In this document: piece after piece, positions 28,506 to 41,766 of the stretch
How positions within the stretch are numbered: the first letter of the stretch is position 1
Layout of the letters: each line of letters opens with the position of its first letter
Origin: Callorhinchus milii
Lineage: Eukaryota
DNA length: 64,000 nt
Assembly (NCBI RefSeq): GCF_018977255.1
Contig: NW_024704742.1
Coordinates: forward strand, 72,914,001-72,978,000
Direction of reading: 5' to 3'
Made by a program: the position numbers and the translations under genes
Notes under the pieces: model-generated
What the model saw: only the letters and a program-made list of their open reading frames with translations
Databases searched by the model: none
Told to the model about the DNA's origin: nothing

Positions 28506-29680
28506 CAAAGGCAGATTAGCCTTCCATGCTGTTTCTGTGGTCCCCAAACAAATAAGTGCTTAGCGATTTTCTACTGCAATCTCTTACCCATGAATTCTAT
28601 GTTGATCATGAATCTAATAAATTTTCCTGTCCTCAGTCAGTGCTCACTCCACTAGGTGGCAGGCTCTTCTCATCTTGAAGACGATAACAGCACGTTTCTA
28701 ATTAATAATAATCCTTGCAATTGCAAAAGTTAGCTTGTGACTTGTTCTTATCTTTCACGTTTGTCTCCTCCCACCCCCTCTCCTGAAGGCATTTGATTCA
28801 TTTTTCATTCTACTGAGGTACAGGGACAGGTGTTCTTTTGGCAATTACTAATGTGTGGGCCTGTCTGTTGGCTTTTCAGTCAAAGGGCCATTGCAGCCGA
28901 ACTCAAGTTTGTTCTCAACCAATGTATATACATGTCAATGGCTCTATGGATAGTGATCAAGAGTATGAATGTGTGCTGAGGCCAATATTATAGCCCTGAC
29001 AATAACTTTCACTGAGGGTGAATGTCCCAAAGTGCTCATAAAGATAATGGGTATCATCAAGCAGGGAGGAATGAGGGGCAATTTTATGGTGTTGACCAAA
29101 GGCACTTTCAAAGAGATATATTTTTAAGAGGATTTTGGAGAAAGAGTTCCAGAGAGGAGGGGCAGAGCTGCTGAATGATAGTGGGCTAGAGGGAGTAAGG
29201 ATCAAGCAGTAGACCAGAGCTGGAAGAGCAGAGGACAGACAAATAGAGATGTCGTTTGAATACTTTGCAGGAATGTACATCCTGCATCTCACCAGTTGAG
29301 ATAAACCATAATAAAAATATTAACGGAGCATCTTTGTAACCAAGAGCTACTGGTGAAGAGAAACAGAATAAATATTAACCTCTTCTCTTTAACCTCAAGC
29401 ATTTCTGCACTTTACATACCAAATCAGGCCATTCAGCCTAACTAGTCCATGCTGGTGTTTATACTTCACACAAGCCACCACAGGTATATTGGTATCCCCT
29501 TCCTCGCCTCAAACCATACCCCTCCATTCCCTTTTCCTTCATGTGTGTATCAGTGAGTCCCACATTTTTATCACTATCTGTGTAAAGATGTACCCCCTAA
29601 ACTCTCTAGTGACTCCCTTATGTTTTGCCCCTTTATTATAATAATAATCCTTGCATTTGATATAACATCTTATGGAGTCT

Positions 29681-29972
29681 TGTGGAATCCTGTAGCTCAG
29701 TGGTTAGAGCACTGGTTCGATTCCCAGCAGGGAAAAACCTTGGGCAAGTTTCCTTACTCCACACACCTGATAATAATCCCCCAAGAAAAAAATAATAAAT
29801 TGGTCACTTCAATCCACGACTGTTTGTGGGACACTGCTTTGCACAATTGGCTGCCACGTTTCACCCACAAATATACAGTCAATTCACTTTACAGTATATT
29901 CTGTAAAGCGCTTTGAGACGTCTGGAAGAAATGGAAAGCGCTATATCAAATGGAAGGATTATTTATTATTAT
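29681..29972 (+). mobile_element. tRNA-derived Deu-domain SINE, internally deleted head
   Basis: tgtggaatcctgtagctcagtggttagagcac...aaaccttgggcaagtttccttactccaca with an (att)n tail. Confidence 0.85.
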
Positions 29973-30462
29973 CAGGTCATCAGAACAACTCAAAGTGCTT
30001 CAAAGGATATGCAACAACAAATTACATTTGGAAAGTTGATTGACTGTGTATTTTGTGGGCGAACGCGGCAGCCAGGAGTGAGTGACCAAGTTTATTTGGG
30101 CAATTGTTGGCCAGGACACTGGGAAAAACTCCCTTCTCTTTCTGAATAGTGCCATGGGATCCCTAACTTCCACCTGAACAGGCAAACGGGATTTCAACAA
30201 TGCATCTCTTCCCAAGCACTGTGTTGGGATATCAGCCCAGACTAAGTTTATAGTCCTAAAGTGAGGCTTGCACCCAAACCTCCCGACTCAGAAGCAAGAC
30301 TGCTGCAAACTCAGCTTGGCTAATGCATTGTTAGAGATCCGCAGCATAACTCCAGAGTCTGGTCAGGTTACAACAACTGAAATGTGTGAAATGTCAGGGG
30401 TGGCAATGAAAAATGAAGATGCTGAAGTTTGGATTTTATATTTCCTTTTTCTTCTTTTAAAG

Positions 30463-30526
30463 GGAAAGTTGCGTAATCTCCGAGAGAACATTATAAAAGA
30501 CAGGCACGAGGATGAATTTCTGTACG
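30463..30526 (+). CDS. BANK1: BANK1 coding exon (phase 0 to 1), GKLRNLRENIIKDRHEDEFLY
   Basis: Long polypyrimidine tract ending taaag, donor g|gtaata. Similar to BANK1 EKLRQLRDCII..RPEEENVY. Confidence 0.92.
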
Positions 30527-31874
30527 GTAATACCAAGAACCTTTGAATTCATTGTTTAATCTAGAAATGTGTCAACTACAGCAGTGATCCTTAAAGCAGA
30601 CTTTTTATTCCTATTTATACAGTTCCTTGAAATACCATTTCATTAAATTACTGTACGTGGCATAGAAGCATCAAGAAGAGTTTTTCAAGTACACAATGTT
30701 ATCTTCCTGTCCCGTTACTACCAGTACGAGGTTGGAGACATACTGAACTGCGTTCAAAAAAAACACGTCTATTAGTCATTTTAATTCAATTTGGAAGGAA
30801 CATATTTATTTGTATTAAGCATTACTGTACTCAGTTATCAGCCGATTAAATTCAGGATCCTTTTCCTCATCTTTAATTTTCTCCATGGCTTCGCCCCACC
30901 CTACCTCTGTGACCTCCTACAACATTAACAACCTGACCTGCCTCACATCACCCATCCGTCTCACCATTGGTAGCACGTTTTCATCATCCCAGAGTCCCTC
31001 ACAGTCACCGCTCCCTCTTCCCATTCAAGGCCACCTCATGAAATGAATGACCAATTTTATCTGTGGGATTATTGGCCAGGACATCAGGAGAAACTCCCTT
31101 CTCTTTAAGTGACATGGGATATTTAACATACACCTGAACAGGCAGACAAGACCTTGCTTTAACATCTCATCTGAATGATAGCACCCCTGACCCTGGTGTC
31201 CTGGCTACCAATCCTCAAAATAAAATTTGGTCATTCATTTTGTGGTTGCTTGTGGGACACCACTGTGTGCAATTGGGTTGCCGCGTTCGCCCACAAATAA
31301 TAATAATCCTTGCATTTGACAATAACACCTTATCATGTCTTCAAGACACTTCATCATACATAGTCACTCCACTTCACAGTAAATTGTTTTGGCCTTTTAA
31401 TATGAAAACTGCCATACTGAATGCAAGAAGCATGTGTGGGGTATGTGTGCGTATGGGACCGATAAGCTTTACTCTACTCTTCCTCCCTCAGCGTAGGTTC
31501 CCTGACTCTAAGCAGCTCGCTATGCATTTGAGAGGAACCCTGTGGCACAGCACCTCAGTGCAATAACACTGCTCTTAAAGTCATGAGGAGAACGAAATGA
31601 GATGCTTTTGCTGCAGATTAGCAAAGAGAGCAGTGAGAAACCAGGGAAGGACTGAGGAACAGGAAACTGCAGCGATGCATGGGGGTCCCCTTCTATTACA
31701 GGTGTTGGCCTGGCTCAGTTGGAAGCACTCTTGATTCTGGGTCAAAAGGTTGTGAGTTTAAGTCGCAGGTTGAGACTTGAGCTCGCATTCTCGGCTGATA
31801 TAGGAGATATAAGGCAACCGATTAGTTTCCAACAGATATGCCCCATTATTAATAATATCCTCTTTTTTTCACAG

Positions 31875-31904
31875 ACAGGATCAAAATTATTCATCTTTCA
31901 GATG
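31875..31904 (+). CDS. BANK1: BANK1 30-nt micro-exon (phase 1 to 1), DRIKIIHLSD
   Basis: Acceptor tctttttttcacag and donor g|gtaagt. Corresponds to BANK1 NKLTIVHHP. Confidence 0.85.
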
Positions 31905-32029
31905 GTAAGTAGTTATGATATCTTAAAAATTAAGGATCACATTATAGCTACAGATGAGAATGCATTACTTTGGCCCATTTAATCTTAAACTTCCAAAATT
32001 GCATGATTAGTAGAGTTCAGATCCCCAGG

Positions 32030-32560
32030 TGCCACACTCAGGCTTTCCGGTGCTCTGGTCAAGTCACACTTGGAGTACTGTGGACAGTTCTGGTCACCTC
32101 AACATAAGGGGGTTGTCCGGGCCTTAGAGGCAGTGCAAAGGAGAACAATAATGATCCCTTGTGTAAGAGGAATGACCTTTGAGAGATGAATAGCCAGTTA
32201 GGGCTTTACTGCTTGAAAAGAGATGTTGAGAACCCAAGATATTAAGTGGGATTAAGAAAATAAACCCAGAACAATACTTTCAGATATGCCAAGATAACAG
32301 GATAAGAGAATAGTGTTAGGATCGTGAAAGACAATTTTCCTTTCACAACTCTAAAAAAAAACAGAATTTTTTCTTTACCTAGAAGGTAATTAACAACTGG
32401 AACAGGTTACCAAAAGGATTGCTGAGGCCAGGACATTGGACTCATTTTTTTAAAAAAAAGGTTGATGCTGTAATGGGAGGCGGACGATAAGGTGGATAAG
32501 GAGGGAAGAGATCAAATGGGCTGAAGGAACCTTGTTTATCTGCATCACTCTTGATTATCC
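32030..32560 (+). mobile_element. Degenerate CR1 LINE 3' fragment. Similar fragments at ~10330-10720 (-), 36440-36900 (-) and 46860-47380 (+)
   Basis: Remnants of LV..HLEYC.QFWSP and LE.VQRR motifs with a CR1-type 3' region. Confidence 0.65.
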
Positions 32561-34325
32561 ACTTTCCATTTTTTCCTTATAACATTAGGATGTTTCTTCA
32601 ATAGTTTAGTAACCTGACCTTAATATCCTTCCTAGTAACCCTTTCCAATTGATCGCTACACTGTGCTTAAACAGATGTCTGTTCTGGCTCTTACTCGGCT
32701 TCAATAACACCAGAATTCTGAGATGAACAAATAATCTGCTAATCCTATCTCAGGTTTGCTTGTGCACACTAAAGCAATAAAAATAGCTTGCACACACCAT
32801 CTAACCAGCTTTAAGTTACATTGCAATAGAAGTGAAAAATGAACTGCAGCTACATTTTGTCAAGAACCAGGCGACTACCTTTAGTTCTTAAGAATATATT
32901 ATTAATTAGCTGGAGTGAGTTACAGATCTGACATGCTCCACCTCGCAACATTTGACAAGAAATTAAAAATATTAATATCGCCCTAAGTAATTATAAAAAG
33001 GAACTCTCAACTGGTCATCTTGCAGCCTTGGCATATCTTAAAGCATTGTTCTGGGTTTATTTTCTCATTTCCATTTAGCATTTTATACATCTCTTAGTCG
33101 CCTCTTTTAAAGGCCTGAGACCTAGATTATCTGGTCATTTCTTATAGCTTGTCCCCATGATATTCAGCATCAATCTCATTGTTCTCATCTAACACCTGGG
33201 CAGCTCGGATATGTTGTAGCAATTAGAGCTGTGCTGTGCTGGGTCCTTGAAGACCTTATAGAAATATATGAAGTACTAAATGGATAGCGAAAGTAGATCA
33301 GAAACAAGCTGTTCAGGTATCTGAAGCAGTATCTTAATGTCAGCAAGTTTAAGGTTGTGAAGGATCAGTTTCAGATAAACACCCAATCTATATTTATTTT
33401 TTTAACACACACATACAGTAGGTAATTAACAACTAGAACAGATTATGTAAGCGTGATTGAGGCCAATATACTGTATGTTTTTAAGTAATAGTAAATGCTA
33501 GAATGGGAAGACGATAGGATTCATAGTCTGGAAGCAAGATCTTTGACAACTAAGCCTGTTGTGCAATCATATAAAATGTATTTATTCACTCACTAACAAA
33601 ATCTATAAGGAATACGTTTTAAAGGCAACACTGCTGTCTATAAGTTCCATTGTTTAATGGTTCTAAACATTGCACAGGGGATCCATATTTGGGCAAAGAT
33701 ACTCTAGAGCATGGCTTGTGGGATCCATATATCATATATCAGAAGCTTCATGGTGCTGAGCGCAGGAGGATCTCATTGGATAGCCTCATGATGGTTTTGT
33801 GATTGCTCCTTATGAGAAGTTGAAATGTGTTAGGGACTGGAGGTTCAAAGGTTGAGTAAAATTCTTTCAGTGGTACGCTCTGCTTCCTTTTCAAGGTTGC
33901 CACTTATATGGCATTGACAAGAGGTTCAGAATGGTAAAGCAATTGATCACATGGTTGTGAATAGCTGGGCATATCCTACAGTCACCAGCTGTGTTGTTCA
34001 TCCTCACTGGCTGCTCAACAGTTTCTTTCAGCATCAAGATATTTGATGTCTGTTCCAGGCATTCCTGACAGAACCTCAGCACTTCTGTTCACAGATAATG
34101 TTGTTCTGATGGTGGACTCACCTGAGGATCTTATGTTCCACACTCACTATCTTGAACACTAGGCCATGCAATGGGATATGATGGTGGATTCCCCCAAATG
34201 CAACATTATGGCTCTGCATGGCTCAAAAGGAGATCTCAAAGGGATTGATTGAAAGTTACAAGGACATAGGTTCCAAATGTTGTTTCATATCAGTATCTAG
34301 GGTTGTGATAGACACCAACTTTAAC

Positions 34326-34687
34326 TGTGGAGTCCTGTAGCTCAGTGGTTAGACCACTCTCCTCACAAGCGAGAGACCTGGGTTCAATTCCCGGGCAGGG
34401 CAAAATGTTGGGCAATTTCCTAATTCCACATGTCTCTGTTTACCTAGCAGTAAGTAGGAACCTGGATGTTAGTGGATTGGTGGAATGCTTTTCCGGGGGT
34501 AATAATGCCTTCAACAAATAATAATAATATGGTCACTCAATCCACGATTGTTTGTGGGAAACTGCTGTGTACAATTAGCTGCCACATTTCACCCACAAGT
34601 ACAGTCACTTCACAGTATATTCTGTGAAGCACTTTGAGACGTCTTGAAGACATGATAAGGTGCTATCTAATGAAAGTATTATTATTA
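34326..34687 (+). mobile_element. tRNA-derived Deu-domain SINE
   Basis: tgtggagtcctgtagctcagtggttag...gggttcaattccc head with an (att)n tail. Confidence 0.85.
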
Positions 34688-35359
34688 GACACTGTCCTGA
34701 GAATGAGCAAAGAGCACTCTGGTCATTCTCGTCCCTCTTCAAAGACAATGAGGTCCCAATGCAAGTCAAGCTTGTGGTGTATAATATATGTGTACAAACA
34801 ATTCATCTTAATAGCTATGAGCTCCTGAGCATGCAATGGGGAGGTTTCATTCGACCCATTTGTGAAATTCAGGACCAAACAGAGGCGGATTTGTGGTAAA
34901 CAGGGGAAATGCCTGCAGGGAGGGAGGGCTCTGACCTACACTGACCTGTTGCTAAGCACCTGGAGGCAGAGTTGGCTTCACAGTGGGAACATCCATTTTC
35001 CAAAGCCCCTCACATGGGGATGTGGTTAAAGCAACTGGTTCTGAGTAGACTGGTACATGGCATTGGACTTGAACCTCTGCAGTATCAAGCTGGCTGGCAT
35101 GTCATAAGCTGTCCTCTACGGGTTCTCCCACCGCGCTGAAGACAGATGTCCCTCAAATAGCTGATGAGGAAACTCGGAGACATGGGACAATAGGTACATT
35201 TGTTAATATATTTGCTGTTAAGCCATAATAATAATAATAATAAAGCTTTTGTTGGCTTATTTCTAGTGATTTGCTGGAATTCTAGGCCATTGTTAATGTG
35301 CTTTTACTTATAGCAGCAATAATGTTGTGTGGCTAAAATACAATCTTCTCTCTTTGCAG

Positions 35360-35418
35360 AAATGAATGCGAAACCACAAGATGTGTACAGCATACCATCA
35401 TCAGCAAGACCATTAACG
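35360..35418 (+). CDS. BANK1: BANK1 coding exon (phase 1 to 0), EMNAKPQDVYSIPSSARPLT
   Basis: Acceptor tcttctctctttgcag and donor acg|gtagag. Phase fits both neighbouring exons; protein similarity is weak. Confidence 0.7.
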
Positions 35419-37250
35419 GTAGAGTTGCAGACTAATGGCCACCTGGGTTCTCTAAAAATCATATTTCCCACTTTCAACAGGTTACCCCATTGTGAATGGG
35501 TACCAACTGTCCAACAGCACGCATAGGAATGTGGAGAAACTCTTCACTTTTATATTTTGCAGCACTGTTTTAATGCAAAGAAAAGTACAAGGAATAAAGT
35601 CTACTTTGCAGATAGAGAAGTTACAGTAGCATTCAGCCTTTAAAAACTAAAGTGCAAAGAGTTGCTGGGATGTGGAGTGCCCTGACAAGTAAGGGCTAGA
35701 AGCAGAGTCCATTGCGGCTTTCAAGAGGGTAGTAGGCACATAAATGAAAGATAACGGCTTGAAGGAGTATGCAGATAAGGTGGAGCAGTGGGACTGAATG
35801 AACTGCTTGCTTTGACAACCAATTTAGACTCGATGGATCAAATGGCCTCCTTCTGCACAGCACACTTCTATGAGTTTACTCTTTTAGTTTCTGAGGCAGC
35901 AAGTTTTCACTTTATTTTTTTTAATTACTTAACACTAGACATTATTTCACAATTGGCAGCTAAATAAGGTATTTGTAATACACATGAAATCATTTGAAGC
36001 AGTTCAAAACAAGTAAACATGGGAAATAAGAATACTTTTCCTTACATTAATATTAAATTATTGTTCAATTCAGCACTTGTATATCTGAGGTTTGATAGTT
36101 TAATTAGCAAATCTCAGTCAGACCAATGGTACGAGCCAGTATGTTAGACCAGCAAAGTGAGAGATCAACCATGATTCTCTCTCCTGACCCCTGCTGGGAT
36201 ATATGGTTATGTACAGGTTAAGTGAGGATTCCTAAGTTGTGAAGTCTCCATGATTGCATAAATGGCCTGTCAACACTTACTGTCGTAGAATCACACATGA
36301 AGGATAATCACTTGGGATAGGTATCAGAAGGTAAACTTGTAGAATTATACCCAGGAAAAGGCATGGGGTTCAGGAGAGCAGGAAAATCTATATGATATTG
36401 TGGCCACTAACCTCCCCAGAATGAGTCTTTTCTCACAAGATTACAAAAATAGTTTGGATGAAGAAGGCCCTTCAGACAACCCGACCTTATCCTTCCAGAA
36501 TAACACCCACTCACACAATCAAGCTGCTTTTTAAACAAGTCCAGTGTCCTGGCCTCAACCAGTCTTCCTACAACCTGCTCCAGTCATTAATTATCCTCCG
36601 AGTAAAGAAACACATCCTGGTATCTGCCTGAATTTACTCTTTAGAACTCAAAATTTTGTTCTATTGTTTTGGTGCATCCTAAAGTATTGATCTGGGTTTA
36701 CTTTTTCAATCCCATTTAAAATTGTATACACTGCTATGAGTTGGTTTGTTTGATTGTTGCTCAGAGCTCATTCCCCTAACAATGGGAATCATCCTTGTTT
36801 GCCCTCCACTGCACTGCCTCTATGGCCTGAATAGCCCTTTTATGTCGAGGTGACCAGAACTGTATCCAGGTCTTGACCAGAGCAGCAAACAGCCTGATGT
36901 AGTACAATGCAAATTATAAATTTACATAACACCTTTCACTTTGGAAGGTTACAATCTAATGGTAGTCAGACTCCCACCTACATTTGGGAAGATTCGCAGA
37001 GCCTGCAAATATATGGAAGCATTTTCTTCCAAGTTGCTCATTACCTTATATCTCAGAAATACAACACATTTCTTTGATACTAATTCACCTGTTAGATTGT
37101 GACCTTTTTGTTTATCACCTGTACGACTGGGACACAGGCAGAGAAATTGATGAAATGATCCAATAAACATGTGTATGCATCAAAAGTAAGTTTGAAGTCA
37201 CTAGCACAAACCTAACTTTTATTACTAAGATTAAATGCTTTGTGTTTCAG

Positions 37251-37319
37251 GCTCTTCATCCAAGTCCAGCAGGAGCGACTAAAATGGCAGGACTGTATGC
37301 CAGACCACAACCAAAATAA
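37251..37319 (+). CDS. BANK1: BANK1 last coding exon, ALHPSPAGATKMAGLYARPQPK* (exon continues to 37321)
   Basis: Acceptor tgtgtttcag, phase 0, stop TAA at 37317-37319, followed by donor ag|gtaaca after 37321. Confidence 0.7.
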   Translation, partial: ALHPSPAGATKMAGLYARPQPK

Positions 37320-38273
37320 AGGTAACATGTACATTGTTTTTAAAGGCATGGATCTTTATATAACAACAATCCTCTGTACAATCTCTCCCACTACTATTAT
37401 AATCTGTCCCACTAAATCCAAGTACTTCTGTGTGTATTGTAGATATGTATGTAATACTTACCGTGTATTGGAATTTTTAACAGACAGTTTCACATCCTAT
37501 ATATTAGAAACAGACCAGAGCTTCATTGGTGGTCCAATTGGTAAAGGCACCTGATGAAGCACGAGGCTACAGAAAAAACACAAGTTCCACATTCAAATGT
37601 GGGGTTTGCTGATCTAGCAGGATGCTATAATTATCTCCATTTCCCTGCACTAGAGAGAACAAAAAAAAATTGTTTTTCATAGCACACAAAACAATGTAAA
37701 AAGGCGGGAGTTTCACCTGGTCAAATCCCATCTCCTGGAGGCCTGGCCACCAAACCAATATTCAAAAAGGTCCATTGAGTTAACCAGCAAAGGGCCATTC
37801 TTCATGTTATTTGCCAGTCAACTTCTCCAAGGAAGAGCTTGTAACCCAAAAGTCTAGACATAACACTTAAGTACCATGGGTTGTTAAAATTGGGATCAAT
37901 TTAACATTTCTAGTGTGAACAATATTGGAGTTCTTTATTCAGCTTAAGTAAGATTAATTACAAGTGATTTTCTTAGATTTTGCAAGTACCCTATTAGTAA
38001 TAAGAGGTAATATGATGTTTTCGTGGCCAACATATAATTGGCTAGCTTGGTAACTGGACAGGACTTGGTGATTCTCACCGCATCATTAATCTCAAGCAGT
38101 CCTGTACCTCCTATTAAATATTTAATTCACCCATTTTGATGCCCAGTTTGTAATGAAACAAAAAGCTTTTTGATTCTGTTACTTTATTATTGTTAAAGTC
38201 TGCCTTTCATACCTACAGTATTTAAAGGCATAAAAGTGAAACTGCTTCTCAATGTTGTCTTTGCTTTCTGTAG

Positions 38274-38915
38274 ATTTATGCAGCCTGGATCGTCTTTTCT
38301 GCATCCTGAGCAACTACTGAGATATCTGACTTCAGCACACAATACTTTTCAATCTGCACATAGAGCATTCAGAATGTATATTGTTTATAACATTTATTAG
38401 AAGGCTATTAGCTGAAGCAGATATTGAGCTACCAGGTTACCTTTGGTAATACATATGGTAAGCAGCTCAAGCAATATCAGTCATTTTTATCAGGAGCAGG
38501 CACTATTGGTCCTTACAAAAAACCTAGTCCATTGAGTGATATTTTATAGTATAAGAATGTAAAGACTCACAAACTGGGAAACATCAAGGACAGATTTGTT
38601 TTGTTTTAGCTTATCTCCTGATTATCTCTCAGACTGTTATCTCTTTTTTTACTTTCTGTGTAGCACTTTGACAAATATTTTACGACTGAGTTTGCAGTTG
38701 CACTTGTCTGTCATGTTATTAAATGTCAGGTCGATTGAAATGCTTAAGAGCCAGATGGATAGATACTTGGTTATGGAGAAAAGGCCAGGAGATGGAATTA
38801 AAAGATCTACCAACATCCAATAAATTGACAGAACAGACTTGACAGGTCAAATTGCCCTCTGTTACTATGTTCTTATGTAAAGCTTGTCAATAAAGAACAA
38901 GTACAACTCTTGAAG
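38274..38915 (+). other. BANK1: Probable non-coding terminal (3'UTR) exon of BANK1
   Basis: Acceptor ttgtctttgctttctgtag ending at 38273, and AATAAA at 38889-38894. The 3' end is a guess. Confidence 0.45.
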
Positions 38916-39350
38916 ACGTTTCATTTCATAAACTTCAAATCTAGCGCACATTTGCATAAACTAAACTACTGGAACAAGTGGGGGAGAGAGCTTGGTCTGA
39001 CACACAGAAACCCTTTGCCGTGCTTAAGACTACTGAAACCAGACAGAGTTCCGCATAGAAATTTCCCGTTGTGTAATGAACTGTGCACTCTCTCCCTGCA
39101 GGAATTCATCTTCTTTACCTAATCCTGGAAAGTAATAGATGCTGTTTGGCAAAAGCACAAAGTGCTCAACAATTCTGGCTGCGCACCGCGCGCCAGGGCT
39201 GAGGGTGAGAGCCAATGGGAGGTGTGGGGAATGGAAAGATGATCAAGCAGCCACATTTTGAGACATTCCTTGAAAGAGGAGAGGAAGAGAGCAAGTTGTA
39301 GGGACCTGGGAATGGAGTTCTAGAGATGGCAGGGCGGATAGAGTGGGGAA

Positions 39351-39942
39351 CAAAAACAGAATTTGTTGGGAACACTCAGCAGGTCAGGCAGCATCTATGG
39401 AGAAAGGAAAGTGAGTCAACATTTTGGAACCACGACCCTTCGTCAGAGGGAATAGAGGTGTTAATACTACAGAACAAAGGGGGGGTGGGGAGGAAAGATT
39501 AAAATCACCTTCCTCCTCCCCCTCTTCTGTGACCATTACTACATCATCTGGGTCCCAGATACACCTTTTCTCTCTTTAGTCTGCCTATTTTGTTGCAATT
39601 TTTCTCCCCCCCCCCACCCTTTGTTTTGTATTATTAACACCTCTATTCCCCAGTTTTGTTGCAATCCCCCCGCTTTGTTTTGCATCATTAACATCTCTTT
39701 AACCCATCAACCCCTATCCTCTACCCCATTTTCTCCTTTGTCTTCCTTGCTCTGCCTCCCCTTTCTCTGTTAGCCCTTAAAAGCCTCTCTCTCCCAACAT
39801 GCCCCAGTTCTGATGAAGGGTCATGGACCCGAAACGTTGACTCACTTTCCTTTCCCTATAGATGCTGCCTGACCTGCTGAGTGTTCCCACCGACTTCTGT
39901 TTTTGTTTCAGATTTTCCAGCATCTGCAGTATTTTGCGTTTC
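39351..39942. mobile_element. Penelope-like element remnant (partial inverted pLTR arrangement) inserted in an old L2 fragment
   Basis: 14-bp TSD gatagagtggggaa (39337-39350 and 39943-39956), and gatgctgcctgacctgctgagt present in both orientations. Confidence 0.8.
39806..39842 (+). ncRNA. Minimal type I hammerhead ribozyme motif (Penelope-associated)
   Basis: CTGATGA (39810-39816), an extra A, stem II GGGTC-atg-GACCC, GAAA, palindromic stem III ACGT, then H17 = U. Stem I pairs agtt with gact. Confidence 0.7.
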
Positions 39943-41766
39943 GATAGAGTGGGGAATTGAAGTGAGCTAGTGTTGCTTGAGTAAAGGGAACGACCGGGTT
40001 GGTAAGGATCAAGTAGGTGAGGATAGAGTAGAACAAGATCATGGGAGGATTCAAATACGAGAATGAAAATCTTGAACACTGGGGGCTGGGGAGGAAGTGA
40101 AGCCAAAGAAGAATGAGAGTGATAAACTTGCAGAGGCTTGTACAGGAGAGTACACAGGCTGAAGATTTGGATAGTTTGCAGCTTGTGTAGGAAAGAGCTC
40201 GGGAGTCTGGTAATCAGTGTGTTGGCGTAGTTGAGCCTGGATTTAATAAAGCTGTGGATGAGCCTTTAAAATTGCCAAACTGGCTAACCTATTACAATAG
40301 AATAAAACAGGGAATTCCTCTAGATGTGTAATTGCACTTTAATTCACTGCATTATCATTCACTTAATGTGCGAGCGGGATAATGGTTTGGATTAAAAGCT
40401 TTTTGGAGCTTAACAGATAATGGTGGGGTCATTTTAGAGTATTTAATTAGTTGCTAGGAAAATTAGCTCACAGTCCAAGCAATGCTAATTACATGTTACA
40501 CAGCTCTTGTGTCACACTCCAAGATTACAATTACTATGAAGGTCACCTCACATACTTAACTCTAGAAATTTAAGAACTGTATTGTCAAATATAAATAAAA
40601 CCTGCAGAAGAATGAGGACACCATTGACAACAAGGGGCAGTATACCAGCGAGGCAGGTGAGGAATTGGATTTATTGTGTGAGGGCCTCGGTCAAGCTGCC
40701 TAATGTTATGGGGGAACCAGAAGGTTTGGGAAGTCCTGGTCTCATGGGAAAACAATTTTAACAACTCATCAAAAATCACTATTTTTGGCAACCAAAATGT
40801 ATTCGACTCCTAGGGCTGTTCAGATACCAAAGTGTTAAATTAAACCAAACAGAGAAACATGGACCATTGGAAATACAGATACAGCTTAAATGACTATTCC
40901 TGCTCAATGGTAAAATTATCATCAGTCCAAATAAGCAAACTTTCATATGCTTTTTATTCTACTTGTACATATTGGGAAAAGGCTTGTATGATTTACTCAA
41001 CACTCCTATACACAAACATTTTACATATATGGACAAGTCATGGTACAATAGTGAGTCAAACAGCAACCACGTAAAAAAAAATTATATATCAGTAAGACAT
41101 AGCACATAAACAGCAATGTCAGCAGTCATTCATATATACAATTAAAATATCCAATGGATCAGAGGTGAGAAGGAGCTGGGGCAAGGCAGATGTTTGAAAT
41201 AATAATATTAACATATAATAAATCTTTGCATTTGAGATAGCACATTATCACGTTGGAAGGAAGACTCAAAGTGCTTCACAAGATTTACTGTGAAATGGAG
41301 TGACTGCGTATTTGTAGGCAAACATGGAAGCACAATTGCAATGTTCCACAAACAGCTATGAAACAAATGTCCATTTTTTGTTTTAGAGGATTGTTGGCCA
41401 GAACACTGGGAGAAACTCCCTTCTATTTTTGAAAAATTGTTGGGGTCTTAATATCCACCTGAACAACGTGAGTTAAAGAGGTAAGCCAGGTTTTCAAACC
41501 GGAGAGAGAAGAGATGAGGCAGAAGGATTTCAGGAGAACGTTCCAATGGGCAGGGGCAAAGTGCCTGAATGCCCACTCGTCGTTGACATGAAGACATGAA
41601 GCAGGTTACAGCTGGCAGGGGGAGTGAATGAGGGAGAATTCATAGGAGATCGTAGAAACATGCTGGTGCAAAGCCATGGAGTCATTTGAAGATGAGGCTG
41701 AGGATCTTCTGACAGACAGGAAGCCTGGTGGGGGTTAGGGGAGAATGGACTGTGAATGGATCTTTA

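Noticed and set aside
871..37319. PIK3AP1 (BCAP) as the identity of the + strand gene
   Set aside because: YDMIL, TPFIAQVFQQKT, the short C-terminus and the KIIH micro-exon match BANK1 better. A phylogeny would settle it.
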